Positions 12,704-25,014 of a DNA stretch of 64,000 nucleotides are shown piece by piece (positions within the stretch are counted from its first letter, which is position 1; each line of letters starts with the position of its first letter). Source of the stretch: Hydrolagus affinis (Eukaryota); the NCBI GenBank assembly GCA_012026655.1, contig JAAILG010001267.1:1-64000 (forward strand), in the 5' to 3' direction. The position numbers and the translations under genes are program-made. The notes under the pieces were generated by a model. The model saw nothing but the letters and a program-made list of their open reading frames with translations, made no database searches and was not told where the DNA came from.

Positions 12704-12920
12704 ATGGACTTATAGACTGCTTGGATCCAGACTGCTGCCTTCAGTCCGTGTGCCAGAGCAACCCACTCTGCCATGGCTCCCATGACCCCCTTGACATCAT
12801 CCAGAAAAACCAATGGGCCCTGTCCACCCAAGTGGTGAAGTCTTTCTACGATCGAATCAAACTTCTCGTGGGCAAAGACAGAACCCACATCATCCCTGGG
12901 GATAACCCTTTCAATTCCAG
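12704..12920 (+). CDS. TENM2: TENM2 exon (Cys-rich region; [12 protein letters not shown]...NPFNS)
   Basis: ttgcag| acceptor; AG|gtaagg donor; 217 nt. Confidence 0.94.
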
Positions 12921-13244
12921 GTAAGGAAAGTGCTTTTTATTGATCAGTTCATCAGAATTGTGATGATCGTGCTGTGAGGAAGGCTGTCTCCTTCAAGCAA
13001 ACCCTCCCTGTCTCCTTCAAGCAAACCCTCTCTGCAGATTGAGCTATAAATCCAAAATTGAGTTTATTGATCATAATAAATTGTGTTTATAAAATGCCAC
13101 TCGTTATGTTTCAATAATCCTGATAATAATCCTTGGATTTTATATAGCACCTTATCGCATTGTCAAGACGTCTCAAAGTGCTTCGCAGAATATACCGTGA
13201 AGTGATTTTAATTTTATAACTGTTTATTTGATGCAGTTATCTAC

Positions 13245-13565
13245 GGAATCCCGCAGCTCAGTGGTTAGAGCACTCGCCTTACAAGCGAGAGAACCTGGGT
13301 TCGAATCCAGGCAGATCAGGGCGAAACTTTGTGCAAGTTTCATTACTCCACACACCGAATAATAATCCCTCAAAAAAAAACACAATAAAATCAGTAATTT
13401 CAATCCACGCCTGTTTGTGGGACACTGCTGTGCGCAATTGGCTGCTGAGTTTCGCCCACAAATATACAGTCAATTCACTTTACAGTATATTCTTTGAAGC
13501 ACTTTGAGACGTCTAGAAGACATGAAAAGCGCTATATCAAATGCAAGTATTATGATTATTATTAT
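13245..13565 (+). mobile_element. tRNA(Val-like)-derived SINE, full length
   Basis: A box AGCTCAGTGGTTAGAGC, GCCTTACAAGCG loop, B box GGTTCGAATCC, conserved body and (ATT)n tail. Confidence 0.9.
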
Positions 13566-13853
13566 CTTTGGTTAAATGGGTTAATTGATGTAACAGGGGA
13601 TGGCTTTCATTGGAGTATAATTACAATTACTGGAGTTCAGTGTTCCGAGACACTATCTCATCTGAAGGGTGCTATATAAATGCACGCTGTTATCTTATGA
13701 CTGAGATCTACATGTGTACAATATCCAGGGAGACCTTTCCATAGGAATTTGGTCGCCCTGGTCCATCAGCAAACGTCTCCCCTTTACCGTGTTGCTTTCG
13801 TTCTTCCATGTAAAAGCAGATGTAAAACTCATTCACATCATGTCTTATTTCAG

Positions 13854-13973
13854 CCTAGCCTCACTGATCCGAGGCCAAGTCTTTACAAAGGATGGGACGC
13901 CATTAGTCGGAGTAAACGTGTCGTTTGTTAAATATCCTCAGTATGGGTTTACCATCACTCGCCAAGATGGCAC
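13854..13973 (+). CDS. TENM2: TENM2 exon (LASLIRGQV...TRQDGT)
   Basis: tttcag| acceptor; AC|gtaagt donor; 120 nt, phase 2-2. Confidence 0.94.
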
Positions 13974-14007
13974 GTAAGTAAATCAATCAGCTTTCATTTG
14001 GAGGATA

Positions 14008-14180
14008 TTAATAATAATAATCATCCTTGCATTTCATATAGCGCCATATCATGTCATCAAGACGTCGCAAAGTGCTTCACAGGATACATTATAAAGCTGA
14101 GTGACTGTGTGCTCTATGGACGAACGCAGCAGTCGCTTTGCACCCAGTAAAGTCCATGAAATGGAATGAGGAATGACCAA
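14008..14180 (-). mobile_element. SINE 3' half, antisense
   Basis: (TAA)n, then CCTTGCATTTCATATAGCGCC...; reverse complement of the family tail. Confidence 0.78.
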
Positions 14181-14500
14181 TACGTCAAACCGTAATGTTT
14201 ACCTGGACAATCAGATGAGATCTCGATTTAACAGTGCATCAGAAAGACGGCACCTCGGTTAATGTAGCAACCACCCCCGACAGTATCAATATACATTATG
14301 TGGGTTCAAGACCTGACCTGGGGGTTTGGGGAATGAATTCAAAAATTTGTCACCCTTCATTACCAACAACAAGAACAAGAAATTAGATTTGTATGTAGGC
14401 ATTCACGTGGGGAGGACATTCCAAGGTGCTGAACAGGCAAGGATTTGCACATTAACCTTTCCTGTAACAGAGGGTTTGTTGTTTTTGTGTAACCCTCCAG

Positions 14501-14762
14501 GTTTGATCTGGTCGCCAATGGTGGTGCATCCCTCACGCTGCACTTCGAGCGCGCTCCGTTCTTGAGTCAGGAGCGCACAGTCTGGCTTCCGTGGAACACC
14601 TTTTACGCTATGAACACTCTGGTGATGAAGACTGAAGAGAACACCATCCCGAGTTGTGATCTGAGCGGCTTTGTCAGGCCGGAGCCCATCCTTGTCTCCT
14701 CGCCTCTGTCTACGTTCTTCAGCTCCTCACCCGGTCAGAACCCCATCATTCCTGAGACTCAG
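14501..14762 (+). CDS. TENM2: TENM2 exon ([13 protein letters not shown]...PIIPETQ), followed by a GC donor
   Basis: ctccag| acceptor; homology ends at CAG|gcaagt; the next exon starts VLHEEI in phase 0. Confidence 0.9.
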
Positions 14763-14870
14763 GCAAGTGCAACAACTTATCCAACAGCAACAACAACTTG
14801 CATTTATGTAGCATCCTTCACACAGGATAGCACCCCAGAGCGCTTAAGACACAGCATTTTACAACCTTTT

Positions 14871-15114
14871 GGGTGAGAGACTACATACAGTTCTAGATTT
14901 ACTCTCATTTGTGTAGTATTTCAGAGTATCAATAATTTGATGAATTCTTCAATTCAATTTTGATTTCAAAGTTGTTGCTCTGCAAGTATTATTTAAGAGC
15001 TATGGAAAACCCATCCTCAAACTTAAGCCCGAAATCATCAATTTGCTAAATTCTGGACACTCTTATCAAGCTACAGAAATTGAGTAAATCTAGACCCAAG
15101 TTAAATTTCTGCCC
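14871..15114. mobile_element. MITE copy
   Basis: TCTAGATTTACTCTC...ATTTCAGAG left arm versus GAGTAAATCTAGA...AATTTCTGCCC right arm. Confidence 0.55.
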
Positions 15115-16307
15115 AATTTATTGCCCAAAGGAAATTAGAGTTGCAGAGAGTGATAAAGTGTGTCAATTGGTAACATTGAGAAGGTTAATGGCATTGGAGA
15201 ACACATTTAATCAATCATGATAATGTTAGACCTAAAGTATAATCATGAAAGATGTAGCAAGACTTGCAGTATAATTGCGTATTTTCTACTGCACTTTCCT
15301 CCTTTATAGTCACATGACATATAAGAAATGCCGCTATTTTTTACAGAGGCATTTCGCAAGTATGTGTAGTGACTGTTTGTGGAGGTAAATAAGTATCCAT
15401 CGGCATTCGTTAAGTCCTCAAACAACTGTGCGCTGAATGATTAATTAATCTATTAGATTCACTGGCCAAGACACTGGTACAAACTCCCTTCCTTTTGAAA
15501 TATGCCATGAGATCTTTAACGTCCATCTGAACAGACAGACGGCATCTCGGTTTGAGGTCTCTTCCAAAAGACATCATCCCACCCCCTGGCTGTGTGATAT
15601 ATATGTGCTGTATGTCGTTTTCCATAATGTGGTTCCCCCATTAATGAGGAGCAGTCGCACTCGAGGAATGATTTACTCTCTTTATGAAGCATTTCAGGGT
15701 AAATCTAGACCTTGGTGGAATTTTTTTAAAATATAAAATAGGTTGCATTTAGTTATATTCCCCAATGGTATGTGTAACATTTATGATCTCCTTTTGGATG
15801 AATCTGCACTGTCTGGCAAGACACCTGCTTTTTGTCTCGCTAGGACCACCTCTACCCAATTGGGCTCTGTTTGTGGAGTTAACAGGAGAGGAAAGTATCC
15901 TTGGTCCCAGTGTCTATCCTGCTATACTTTGGGATGAAAGAATATAGAAAGCCTTTTGTTTCAGCTCCTTGGGAAGATGCCAAGAATCAATGACATCTTT
16001 TATTTCCCCCTTGTCCCGTCCCCTCCCCCCTCCTGCTTGTATAACAGGACCATTGGAAACATTTCTTTCTAACAGAACACAAAAAGGAGATTAATTTAAC
16101 ATAATGCCTATGTAGATGCTTACTTTGGTGGTGTTTTGTAATGGGGCTGTGTAATTGCAGATAGCAGACAGTTGCTTGCGTTGCATTAGATGATGGATGA
16201 TGATAGTAAATCATTAGTAGGATACGTTTCACAGCCTTACAAATTAAGCCTTAAAAAAAAACGTTTTACCATGCAGGTATCTCATTGTATTTCCTTAATG
16301 CATTCAG

Positions 16308-16575
16308 GTTCTGCATGAAGAAATTGAGATCCCAGGCTCCAATATGAAGCTGTGTTACCTCAGCTCTCGCACCACTGGCTACAAGTCCCTTCTGAAAATC
16401 ATGATGACCCAGTCTATCGTACCGATCAATTTGATTAAAGTGCACCTTATGGTGGCTGTAGAGGGACACCTATTCCAAAAGTGGTTCCACGCGTCGCCTA
16501 ACCTGGCCTACACGTTCATATGGGACAAATCGGATGCCTATAGTCAGAAGGTCTACGGTGTCTCTGAAGCAGTTG
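16308..16575 (+). CDS. TENM2: TENM2 exon ([11 protein letters not shown]...SEAV)
   Basis: attcag| acceptor; G|gtatgt donor; 268 nt. Confidence 0.93.
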
Positions 16576-17139
16576 GTATGTGTTTTTGTTAAAGTTCATT
16601 GATAATGGGAGCAAAGCACAATGCTGGGGCTGTTGGAATGGAGCAGAGCAGCTGAGTTGTACCTTACAACAACAGCAACAACAAAACGACACTTGTATAG
16701 GGCCTTTCACATCAGGAGGACGTCCCGAGGCGCTGGGAGCTTACATTGCAAACAAACGGCAGAACATTTCGCCCACGAAATATACAGTCGATTCACTTTA
16801 CAGTATATTCCGTGGAGCGCTTTGAGATGTCTCAAAGACATGATAAGGCACCGTATCAAATGAGAGAATTATTATTGTACAACGCAATCAGGTAACATCA
16901 TCATTTAGAACACGGTGGTGGGGTCTGAAGGCACTGGTGCTCACGGTTCACAGTTGCGGTCGTTCAGCAGAAGTGCTGGCTTTCAATTGACCATTAGCTT
17001 GAGATTATTGGGCTGTATTCTGGACGGTCTGATGGCATAATATTACCGAGAGATTAGGCAAGAGAGACTCCCAAATAATAATGAAAATAATAATCCTTGC
17101 ATTTCATTTTGCACCTTATCACGTCTTTGAGATGTATCA

Positions 17140-17478
17140 AGCTCCTGTAGCTCAGTGGTTAGAGCACTCGCCTTACAAGTGTGAGACCTGTGTTCGAATC
17201 CATACAGATCAGGGCAAAACCTTGAGCAAGTTTCCTTACTCCACACACACTCCTAATAATCCGTCAAAAAAAAACAACAATAAAAAAAATTGGTCCTTCC
17301 AATCCATGACTGTTTGTGGGGACACTGCTGTGCGCAAATGGCTGCCGCGTTTCTCCCACAAATATTCAGTCAATTCACTTTACAGTATGTTCTGTGAAGC
17401 GCTTTGAGATGCGATAAAATGAGCGCTATATCAAACGCAAGGATTATTATTATTGTTACTAGTATTATTATTATTATC
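17140..17478 (+). mobile_element. tRNA-derived SINE, near full length
   Basis: Family head, body and tail; preceded by an inverted tail fragment at about 17075-17135. Confidence 0.88.
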
Positions 17479-18742
17479 AAAACGGAGTACAGTCCCTAAT
17501 GAGAGACTGTGCAATTTGGCAACGGGTTCCGCCAAAGGGTAACTCTTAATGGCCAGTAGATTGGGCTGAGCCGATCGTATCCTTCGTGTGAGAAATCTGT
17601 TATCGCTGCAGTTCACAGAGAAACGTTTCCAGCTGTGCCCCACCCTAATTTACCACGACACTCACATCGAACGCTCACTCGGAAACACAAGGGGAGGAGA
17701 AGAAGTGACGATAGGATATGAGGGAATATTGCAACTGGTTGCAATGCTCCTCAATATATTCAGTCGAGTGAGATTGAAGGAAAATAGCTTGGGTCCTCCC
17801 AAAAAAAAAAACACAAGTAAATCCAGGATGAAATCTGGTGGCGAGGGTCGTAATTTGTTCTATTTAAAGCAGCGAACCGTGACTTTTTTTAGGTCATATA
17901 AAAGTTAGGGATCACCGTGGTGCTATATTAAGAGCTCTACCAGATTGCTGAGCTATTTAGAGAGTGAAACGGTCCTGATGTTTGGAGAAGCATCGAGTTG
18001 ATTTAAAAAAAATACTCCACTTCGCAAGAAAACCCTGCAATACCTGAGATGTCGTAGACTTTATGGCCAGGAATGACCCAGAGTTCCTATCAATTTTAAC
18101 ACCTTATGGGGCTTGTTTCATTTGGTAATGAAATGTGAGCGCAGATCATCTTATCGGGACAGGAAACCCGCTGAGCAATTACCGCCTTGGAGCTGAATTA
18201 ACCTCAAGCAGATAGTCATTAACCCCACCCCCCCCCCACCCCCACCCCCCCAAGGTGCTTTGATAGCCAAGTCGTTTTACGCGTGCCTCTTTTAATTCAT
18301 CTCCAGACAGGCATCTTTGATCGCAGTAACCACCACACTCTCTGGCAGCATCCACCGAGCATGTCATCACTGCTTGCTCTTCGCCCCACAAAACTCGAGT
18401 GAGATTGCGAGTGGTGCACAATTTTTTTTACATACGTAGGTGGAAATATGGAATCCTCAATCCAGTTTGGATACACTTTAGCACACTGGTGGGTTTAGAA
18501 CATAAGGGGGTAACAATCCATTCAAAAACATTTTGTTAAAAATAATAAATCGGTCACTCAATCCACGACTGTCTGTGGGACACAGCTGTGCGCAATTCTG
18601 CTGGCGTTTCACCCACAAAATGTGTAGTTAATTCACTTTATAGTTATTCTATAGTGAGTTTGATGTGTCTCTTAACCAGGGTCTCAGTGCCTCTCGAGAA
18701 TTCAACACCCCCCACTCCTCTCTCCCACTAATCCTCGCTCAA

Positions 18743-19140
18743 ATCCTGCAGCTCAGTGGTTAAGGCATTTGCCTTGCAAGTTGGAGACCGTGGGTACAAA
18801 TCAGCCAGGGTGAAACCTTGGGCAAATTTTCTTAAACCACCCGCCTGATAATAATCCCTAAAAAAAAACACAATAATGAATCAGTCACTTCAATCCACGA
18901 CTGTATGTGGGACACTGCTGTGCACAATTGGCTGCTTCATTTTGCCTACAAAATATATAGTTAATTAACTTTACAGTATATTCCATGAAGCACTTTGAGA
19001 CGTCTAGAAGATGCGAAAGGAGCTATATCAAATGCAAGTATTATTATGATTATTATGATTAGTTCGGTGAAGCACTTTGAGACGTCTCAGAGGACGTGAT
19101 AAGGCGCTATCTCAAATGTAAGTATCATTATTATTATAAT
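18743..19140 (+). mobile_element. tRNA-derived SINE with duplicated 3' tail
   Basis: Family head and body; the tail GAAGCACTTTGAGACGTCT...AAATG occurs twice (about 18987 and 19069). Confidence 0.85.
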
Positions 19141-19869
19141 AGCACATAACAACATAAGAGTTTCCTAGACGAAAGAAGACTCGAGGGTTGGGTCCAGTTC
19201 GCCTTCCACCAACCTGGCAATTTCCAAACTGTATATTGTATGCCGAGATATTATTTCCGAAGAGAAATTTAGCTAATTCGTTCTTGAAGGGATCAACACT
19301 TTCTGTTTCACAAGGGTTTCCGCTTATGTTGGACTGACAACCGTCTAACACCACCCCCCACCCCCTCACCAAAAAAAAACTGCACCTTAGTTCCTGGTAA
19401 CAGCTCCCAGACATCTCCACCGAGCAGTGCATCAGAACGCAATCAAGAGAGCAAACATTCCAGCTCGCAACACAAAACCAAACGCTCTCAGAGCCCACAA
19501 GAGACGGGGGTGGGAAACAAAGGAAACACTGGAGGCTCTCGAGCAAGTCTAACCTTGTACCTCATTTGAAGAATACTTTTGTTAACAGCTGGCAAAAGGA
19601 AAGGTGTTTCTTTTAACACCCCAACCCCCCCCCCCCATCTCCCCTCCACAAGCCCGCTGAAAGCAAATGCAACGAATCACTAATAGGCTTGCGTTGTAAA
19701 CCTGGCTCAGTTGCAGTGTGCTTTTACTACAGTCGTGTTTCAACCTGCACTCAGCGCACGTTGCAATGCAGAACTGTCAAATCAATCTGGTGTCCGCTTC
19801 AGCAAACCTTTCAACAAAGGTCCGTATAGATAGGCAACGAATTGCGTATCACTGGTGCAAACGGAACGC

Positions 19870-20010
19870 TCTTTCTCTTGTCTCTCCTTTTCCGCTCTTC
19901 TTTCTCTCGTTCTCCTACTTCTCTTTCACTCTCTCTCTCTCTCTCTCTTTCTCTGTCCTCTCTCCTCTTTCTCTCTCTCTCTCCTATCTCTCACTCACTC
20001 TCTCTATCTA
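19870..20010. repeat. (CT)-rich polypyrimidine microsatellite
   Basis: Direct reading. Confidence 0.9.
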
Positions 20011-20292
20011 TCAGCCCCAGCTTTGGTGCAGAGAGATTTTGGTCAGACAGTTGCTGAATTTGAGGCTGTTGCTGCCACCTACAGACCAGAACTCTTAACA
20101 GCCCCCTCGTGAAACAGGAGAGAAAGATTTGCGTGCAGTGTTGGGGGTTAGTTAGGTTGCTCGAATAATGCTCCTTTCTTCAAATCGTTACTGTTTATTG
20201 ACAGGCGAGACACATTTCCTGAAGGGAGTGATATCAGTGTTGGGAAAAAGAGAGTGGAATCTTTCCCCGTGTATCAGCTATTCCCATGTATA

Positions 20293-20760
20293 TAACAACT
20301 ACAACAACAAAATTACATTTGTAAAACGCCTTTCGTGTCGGGAGGACGTCCCAAGGCGCTGAACAAGTCAGGAACCAGGGGTGGGGTGGGGGGGGGTGCA
20401 GGGTTATCATGAGCGAGGACACAGAGGTAGGTGGGCAGGCAAAGGCACAGTCGAAAAGGAGGGTCTTGAGTCCATATTGTATAAGTCTGTTCCTTCCTAT
20501 TACAACGCCTCACGTCTTCAAGACATTTCAAAGCATTTAGCATAATATAATGTTAAGTGAATTGACTGTATATTTTGTGGGGAAACGCGGCAGCAAATTG
20601 CGCACAGAGGGGTCCCACAAACAGTCGTGGACCGAGTGTCCAATTTATTTTTGAGAAAATTATTTTGAAGGAATTGTTACCCCCTTAAAATCAATCCCCA
20701 GATCGACCCTACCTACAGCTAGACAAACAGGCGTGTGGAGTAAGGAAACGTGTCCAACAG
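20293..20760 (-). mobile_element. L2 3' end (about 20293-20470) followed by an antisense SINE fragment
   Basis: (CAA)n tail with GGGAGGACGTCCCAAGGCGCTG, then reverse SINE body GTGAATTGACTGTATATTTTGTGGG. Confidence 0.75.
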
Positions 20761-21967
20761 CTGATATGGCGAAATTATACAGTGTTGGTACCTTACGCTA
20801 AATATAGACTTACAGCCACTGCCCCTCCAACAGAAAATCTCACACAAACATTCACATGGGAACTATTGTTGGATGTAAAATAAAGCCTTTGTGACATAAT
20901 AATAATCTTTGCATTTGATATACCATCTTAACACCAAGTCGAGATGTCTCAAAGCACTTCAGCACTGAGAAAGTAAAAGTGCTGCCCAAGACCATTTGTT
21001 ACAAAGGTTTGTAACAAATGGTCCCTCCCTAACCCTCCCTCCCTCTCTCCTTCCCTTCCTCCCTCACTCACTCACCAAACCAACCAACCCACAGACCCAC
21101 CCATTCACTCACTCGCTTGCTCGTTCATACCATATGTAGACATTTTATTCATTTGTTGTACAATAAAGAATTTGACTGTTGAATAACTCTCAACATTTGC
21201 TAGAGCTGCCGTATTTATCTCTCTTATAATTGCATTTTAAGTCCAGCTCATGTTTTGTCTGAAAACAGAGTTTCATTTTGAAAGCCAAGTATTTTTTTTT
21301 CACATGAGTTGAAAGACACAGCTTATTTAATTAAACAAAGACTTACAAAAGAGTATTAATGTAACATTAGATCTCGCCTTTCACCTGAAGAATCCTGCTC
21401 TGTGGATCTCTGTGACTGGCAGCTGGGAAATGTAGAACCGTACAATATTGCAGCATTAGAAGGAAGCCATTCAACTCATCATCCGTGTACAGGCTCTGAA
21501 AGAGAGATAACCGATTAGTCCCATTCTCTGACCTATTTCCTTTATCCTTTATTGATATGTGAGAAATTCATTTTGAAAGTTTATCTCTCTCCCCCTCCAA
21601 GTAACTCAACAAGATGGCTTGACACTTAGGGGATTTGTGGGGCACACAAATTGTGACACATTGTGGGACATACCCTTTAATAATAATTCTTGCATTTGAT
21701 AATGGCGACTCATCACGTCTTCAGGGCGTGTCAAAGCGCTTCATAGGATCCCCCATCAAGTTAATTGACAGTGTATTTTGTGGGCGAAATGCGGCAGCCA
21801 ATTGCTCACATCAGTGTCCTACAACCAGGCTAGATTGAGTTGCCAGATTGTTACTGCATATCCGGTGAAACACTTTGTGATATGTTAACAACCTGATAAG
21901 GCGCAATATCAAATGCAAGGATTATTATTACTAATATTAGTATAGTATCATTGTTATTAAAATTATG

Positions 21968-22245
21968 TAATAATAATAATCCTTGCATTTGATATAGCAC
22001 TTTTCACGTCTTCTAGACGACCCAAAGCGCTTCATGGAATATACTGTAAAGTGAAATGACAGTATGTTTGTGGGCGAAAGGCAGCAGCCAATTGCGCACA
22101 GCAGTGTGCAACAAACAAGTTGTGGTTTGAAATGACCAATTTATTATAGGGTTTTTTGGAGGGATTATTATTAGGCGTGTGTAGAGAGAAGCAATCTTGC
22201 CCAAGGTTTCGCCCTGACCTGCCTGGATTCGAAACACCGGTCTCA
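21968..22245 (-). mobile_element. tRNA-derived SINE, antisense
   Basis: Reverse tail, body and B-box (GGATTCGAA). Confidence 0.85.
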
Positions 22246-22366
22246 CTACCCTCCCTGGAAAGGAGGTGCACATTGATATTTGCGTGGGACTGATAAAAAC
22301 AGTAGAGGTTTAATTGACTGGATTTCTCACGCACGATGTACGTCTCTCTGTGCCTTGCTTTGCCAG

Positions 22367-22510
22367 TGTCTGTTGGATTTGAATACGAGTCGTGTACCAA
22401 CTTGATTCTGTGGGAGAAGAGGACGGCCTTGCTGCAGGGTTACGAACTGGATCCCTCGAACCTGGGTGGCTGGTCGCTGGACAAACACCATGCACTGAAC
22501 GTCAAGAGCG
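22367..22510 (+). CDS. TENM2: TENM2 exon ([10 protein letters not shown]...LNVKS)
   Basis: tgccag| acceptor; G|gtgagt donor; 144 nt. Confidence 0.94.
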
Positions 22511-22579
22511 GTGAGTTGACTCGCTTTTTCCCGTCACGCGAAACAACTCCTCTCGGATACCTATTTTGTCTGGAGCTCC

Positions 22580-22740
22580 CTTCCTCACTCCCTTCGCCTC
22601 GCACCCCGCCTCTCTTCCTACTTTCAGGTCGGCTAAAGATCTTTCTTTTCGACCGTGCTTTCGGTCACCTTTTCTCTTTACCACCTCCTCCCGGCCAAGC
22701 CAGGTAGGGGCCCTACACAAGTGTCATTTTGTTGTTGTGG
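22580..22740 (+). mobile_element. L2 3' end inside the short 282-nt intron
   Basis: ...TTTCGACCGTGCTTTCGGTCACC...ACAAGTGTCATTTTGTTGTTG tail. Confidence 0.65.
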
Positions 22741-22792
22741 TTCAGGAGGGAGGTGTGTTAACGTGGGCTGGTCCTGACTCTCTCCACACCAG

Positions 22793-23042
22793 GCGTCCTG
22801 CACAAAGGCAACGGGGAGAACCAGTTCTTATCCCAGCGACCGTCCGTGATCAACAGCATCATGGGCAACGGGCGGCGGCGCAGTATATCGTGCCCGAGTT
22901 GCAACGGCATGGCGGAGGGCAACAAGCTCCTCGCCCCCATGGCCCTGGCAGTGGGTATCGACGGGAGTTTGTATGTCGGTGATTTCAACTTCATCAGACG
23001 CATCTACCCGGCCAGGAATGTCACCAGTATCCTCGAGCTGAG
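22793..23042 (+). CDS. TENM2: TENM2 exon ([12 protein letters not shown]...TSILELR; start of NHL propeller)
   Basis: caccag| acceptor; AG|gtaagt donor; 250 nt. Confidence 0.94.
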
Positions 23043-25014
23043 GTAAGTAAGCAGCAGGGTAACCAGTCACTGCCTCCTGGAGATTTACAGTCTGCTCCCA
23101 TCGACAGCTCAAATGCGAGCACTGGATTTACCTGAGATCACGTGAGGCGCCAGCTAACTCACGCAAAGAGAACGATGCCCAACATCGCACGTTATCGTAC
23201 GTGGCCACTTGTTCGAATTGTCGTTATCTCTCCCCGCTGTTTTGCTTTCAACGTGATTCGCTCGGGCTCCCGCATGTGTCGGACTAAAAGAATGCCATTC
23301 GCTTGCTTAACCTGCCTGGTCCTCAAAAGGCACTAGTGACTGTGCATAGCTTTTGCAATGGTGCTCAAAATGTTTCCACTCAATTGCTGCCGTGCTTTCT
23401 CACACTCCTCCTGCACCCCTCTCCTCTCCCCGCCCCCCTCCCCTCCCACCCATCCCCGTTCTCTCCCTCTCTCTCCCTCCCCCCCACCACCCCGCCCCCA
23501 CCACGCACAATTACCAAACTGAAAAATTCTGATTTGATGGACAGTTTGTAACTTTTGCACTGGAATGTTGTTTGCTACTTTGGCATGATTTACACTCAGC
23601 CTCACATTTCTGGGTAAGTGCAGCAGTTCTGGATGTGCATGGCTCGGTTGAAGACCTCAACATTTTAGGACTCGTTGGAAAATAGAATTGCTAAATGATA
23701 AAGCCTCATAGGACCGACTGACTGTCCATGTGCTTTTTCTCTTGTTTTTTTTGTGTGGTTTAACAATTCTCTATGGTTTTGTCTGTCTGTCTCAATACCT
23801 TCTCCCATTATCATACTCACTCCCTTCCACTCCTCCCTTTCAAATCCATTTTGCTTCTCTTGCTCTTCTTTACACTGCCCCCCGCCCACCCCCCACCTCC
23901 TCCCCACCCCCCACCTCCTCCCCACCACCCTTGCATTTTATCCTGACAAGTCTATGGAGTTACTGGGGTACAGTTTCAACAAACACTGTAAGCCATCTGC
24001 TCGTATCTTCTCCCCCAGTGGCCATTCCTTATGTCCGTGCCTTCCTCGATGAGTGGGCAATTGGAGGTTACTTAAGCACAGGCACATCAAACCTGAGCTC
24101 ATTATTAACCTCATCTCCCAAATATACAGGCAGCAAAATGTTGGATAGAGATTAGGAGGAGGAACCTAGGATAACTCTCCCAGACCAACACTGAGAACAA
24201 TTGTCACAGTCCTCGCCCTTGGTCAAGCTAAGATCAGCTCATTTAACTATGAACAGCATTGAATAGTATTTGGCGAACAGACACTACACTTTACAGTATA
24301 CCCTGTGAAAAACTGTGAGACGCCTTCTTGACGTGAAAGGCGCTAAATCCAAAATGTAAGGGATATTATATTACAACATATTACGAGCTCTTTCCCCAAT
24401 TGCATTTCTGAATCCCGGAGAGTGCTTTCACTGGCTGAGTCTTTCTCTCCTCCTCTCCCTCCATCTTTTACACTTTCCTTTCCCATGTTACTTCTTTCTC
24501 CTTTTCTCTCTTGCCTGTTTTGTTTTGCCCTCTGCCACACATTTGAATCTTCTCCGCTCAGCTGTCAATCTAGGTAGGTCAACTAGAAAAAAAAACCTGC
24601 CCAGTAAAACCTGCCTAGATGGGTCGAATGGCCTCCTTTTGTGCCGTAAAATTCTATGATTCTATGATTCTTTAAGGGGGAACATGTCCTAATGGATCAG
24701 ATGCACAACCTAATTTACTATAAAAAAACAGTCCTGTAAATTATTACTATTTTAGTAATGCTTCTTTTCATCCAAAATATATTGGGAATATTTTTCTTCA
24801 TTAGTTACTTTACTTGAGTACGTAGTTTGGAAGCTTATCTATCTCGGAATTGTAACTTAATTGTAGCTGACAAGGCTGATGAATTTTTAAACTGCATTTG
24901 AAATATTGTTTGGAATTTTAAAAAGCGTTTACTTTCCGCCCAGAAAATCAGCTCGACTGACACCCCCAAAAGCAAAACTGCTTCCAAATCCTACTGTGTT
25001 ACCCTGACAACCTC

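Noticed and set aside
12984-13031. 24-bp tandem duplication CTGTCTCCTTCAAGCAAACCCTC(C/T)
   Set aside because: Simple two-copy slippage; no spacers, not CRISPR-like and no functional indication.
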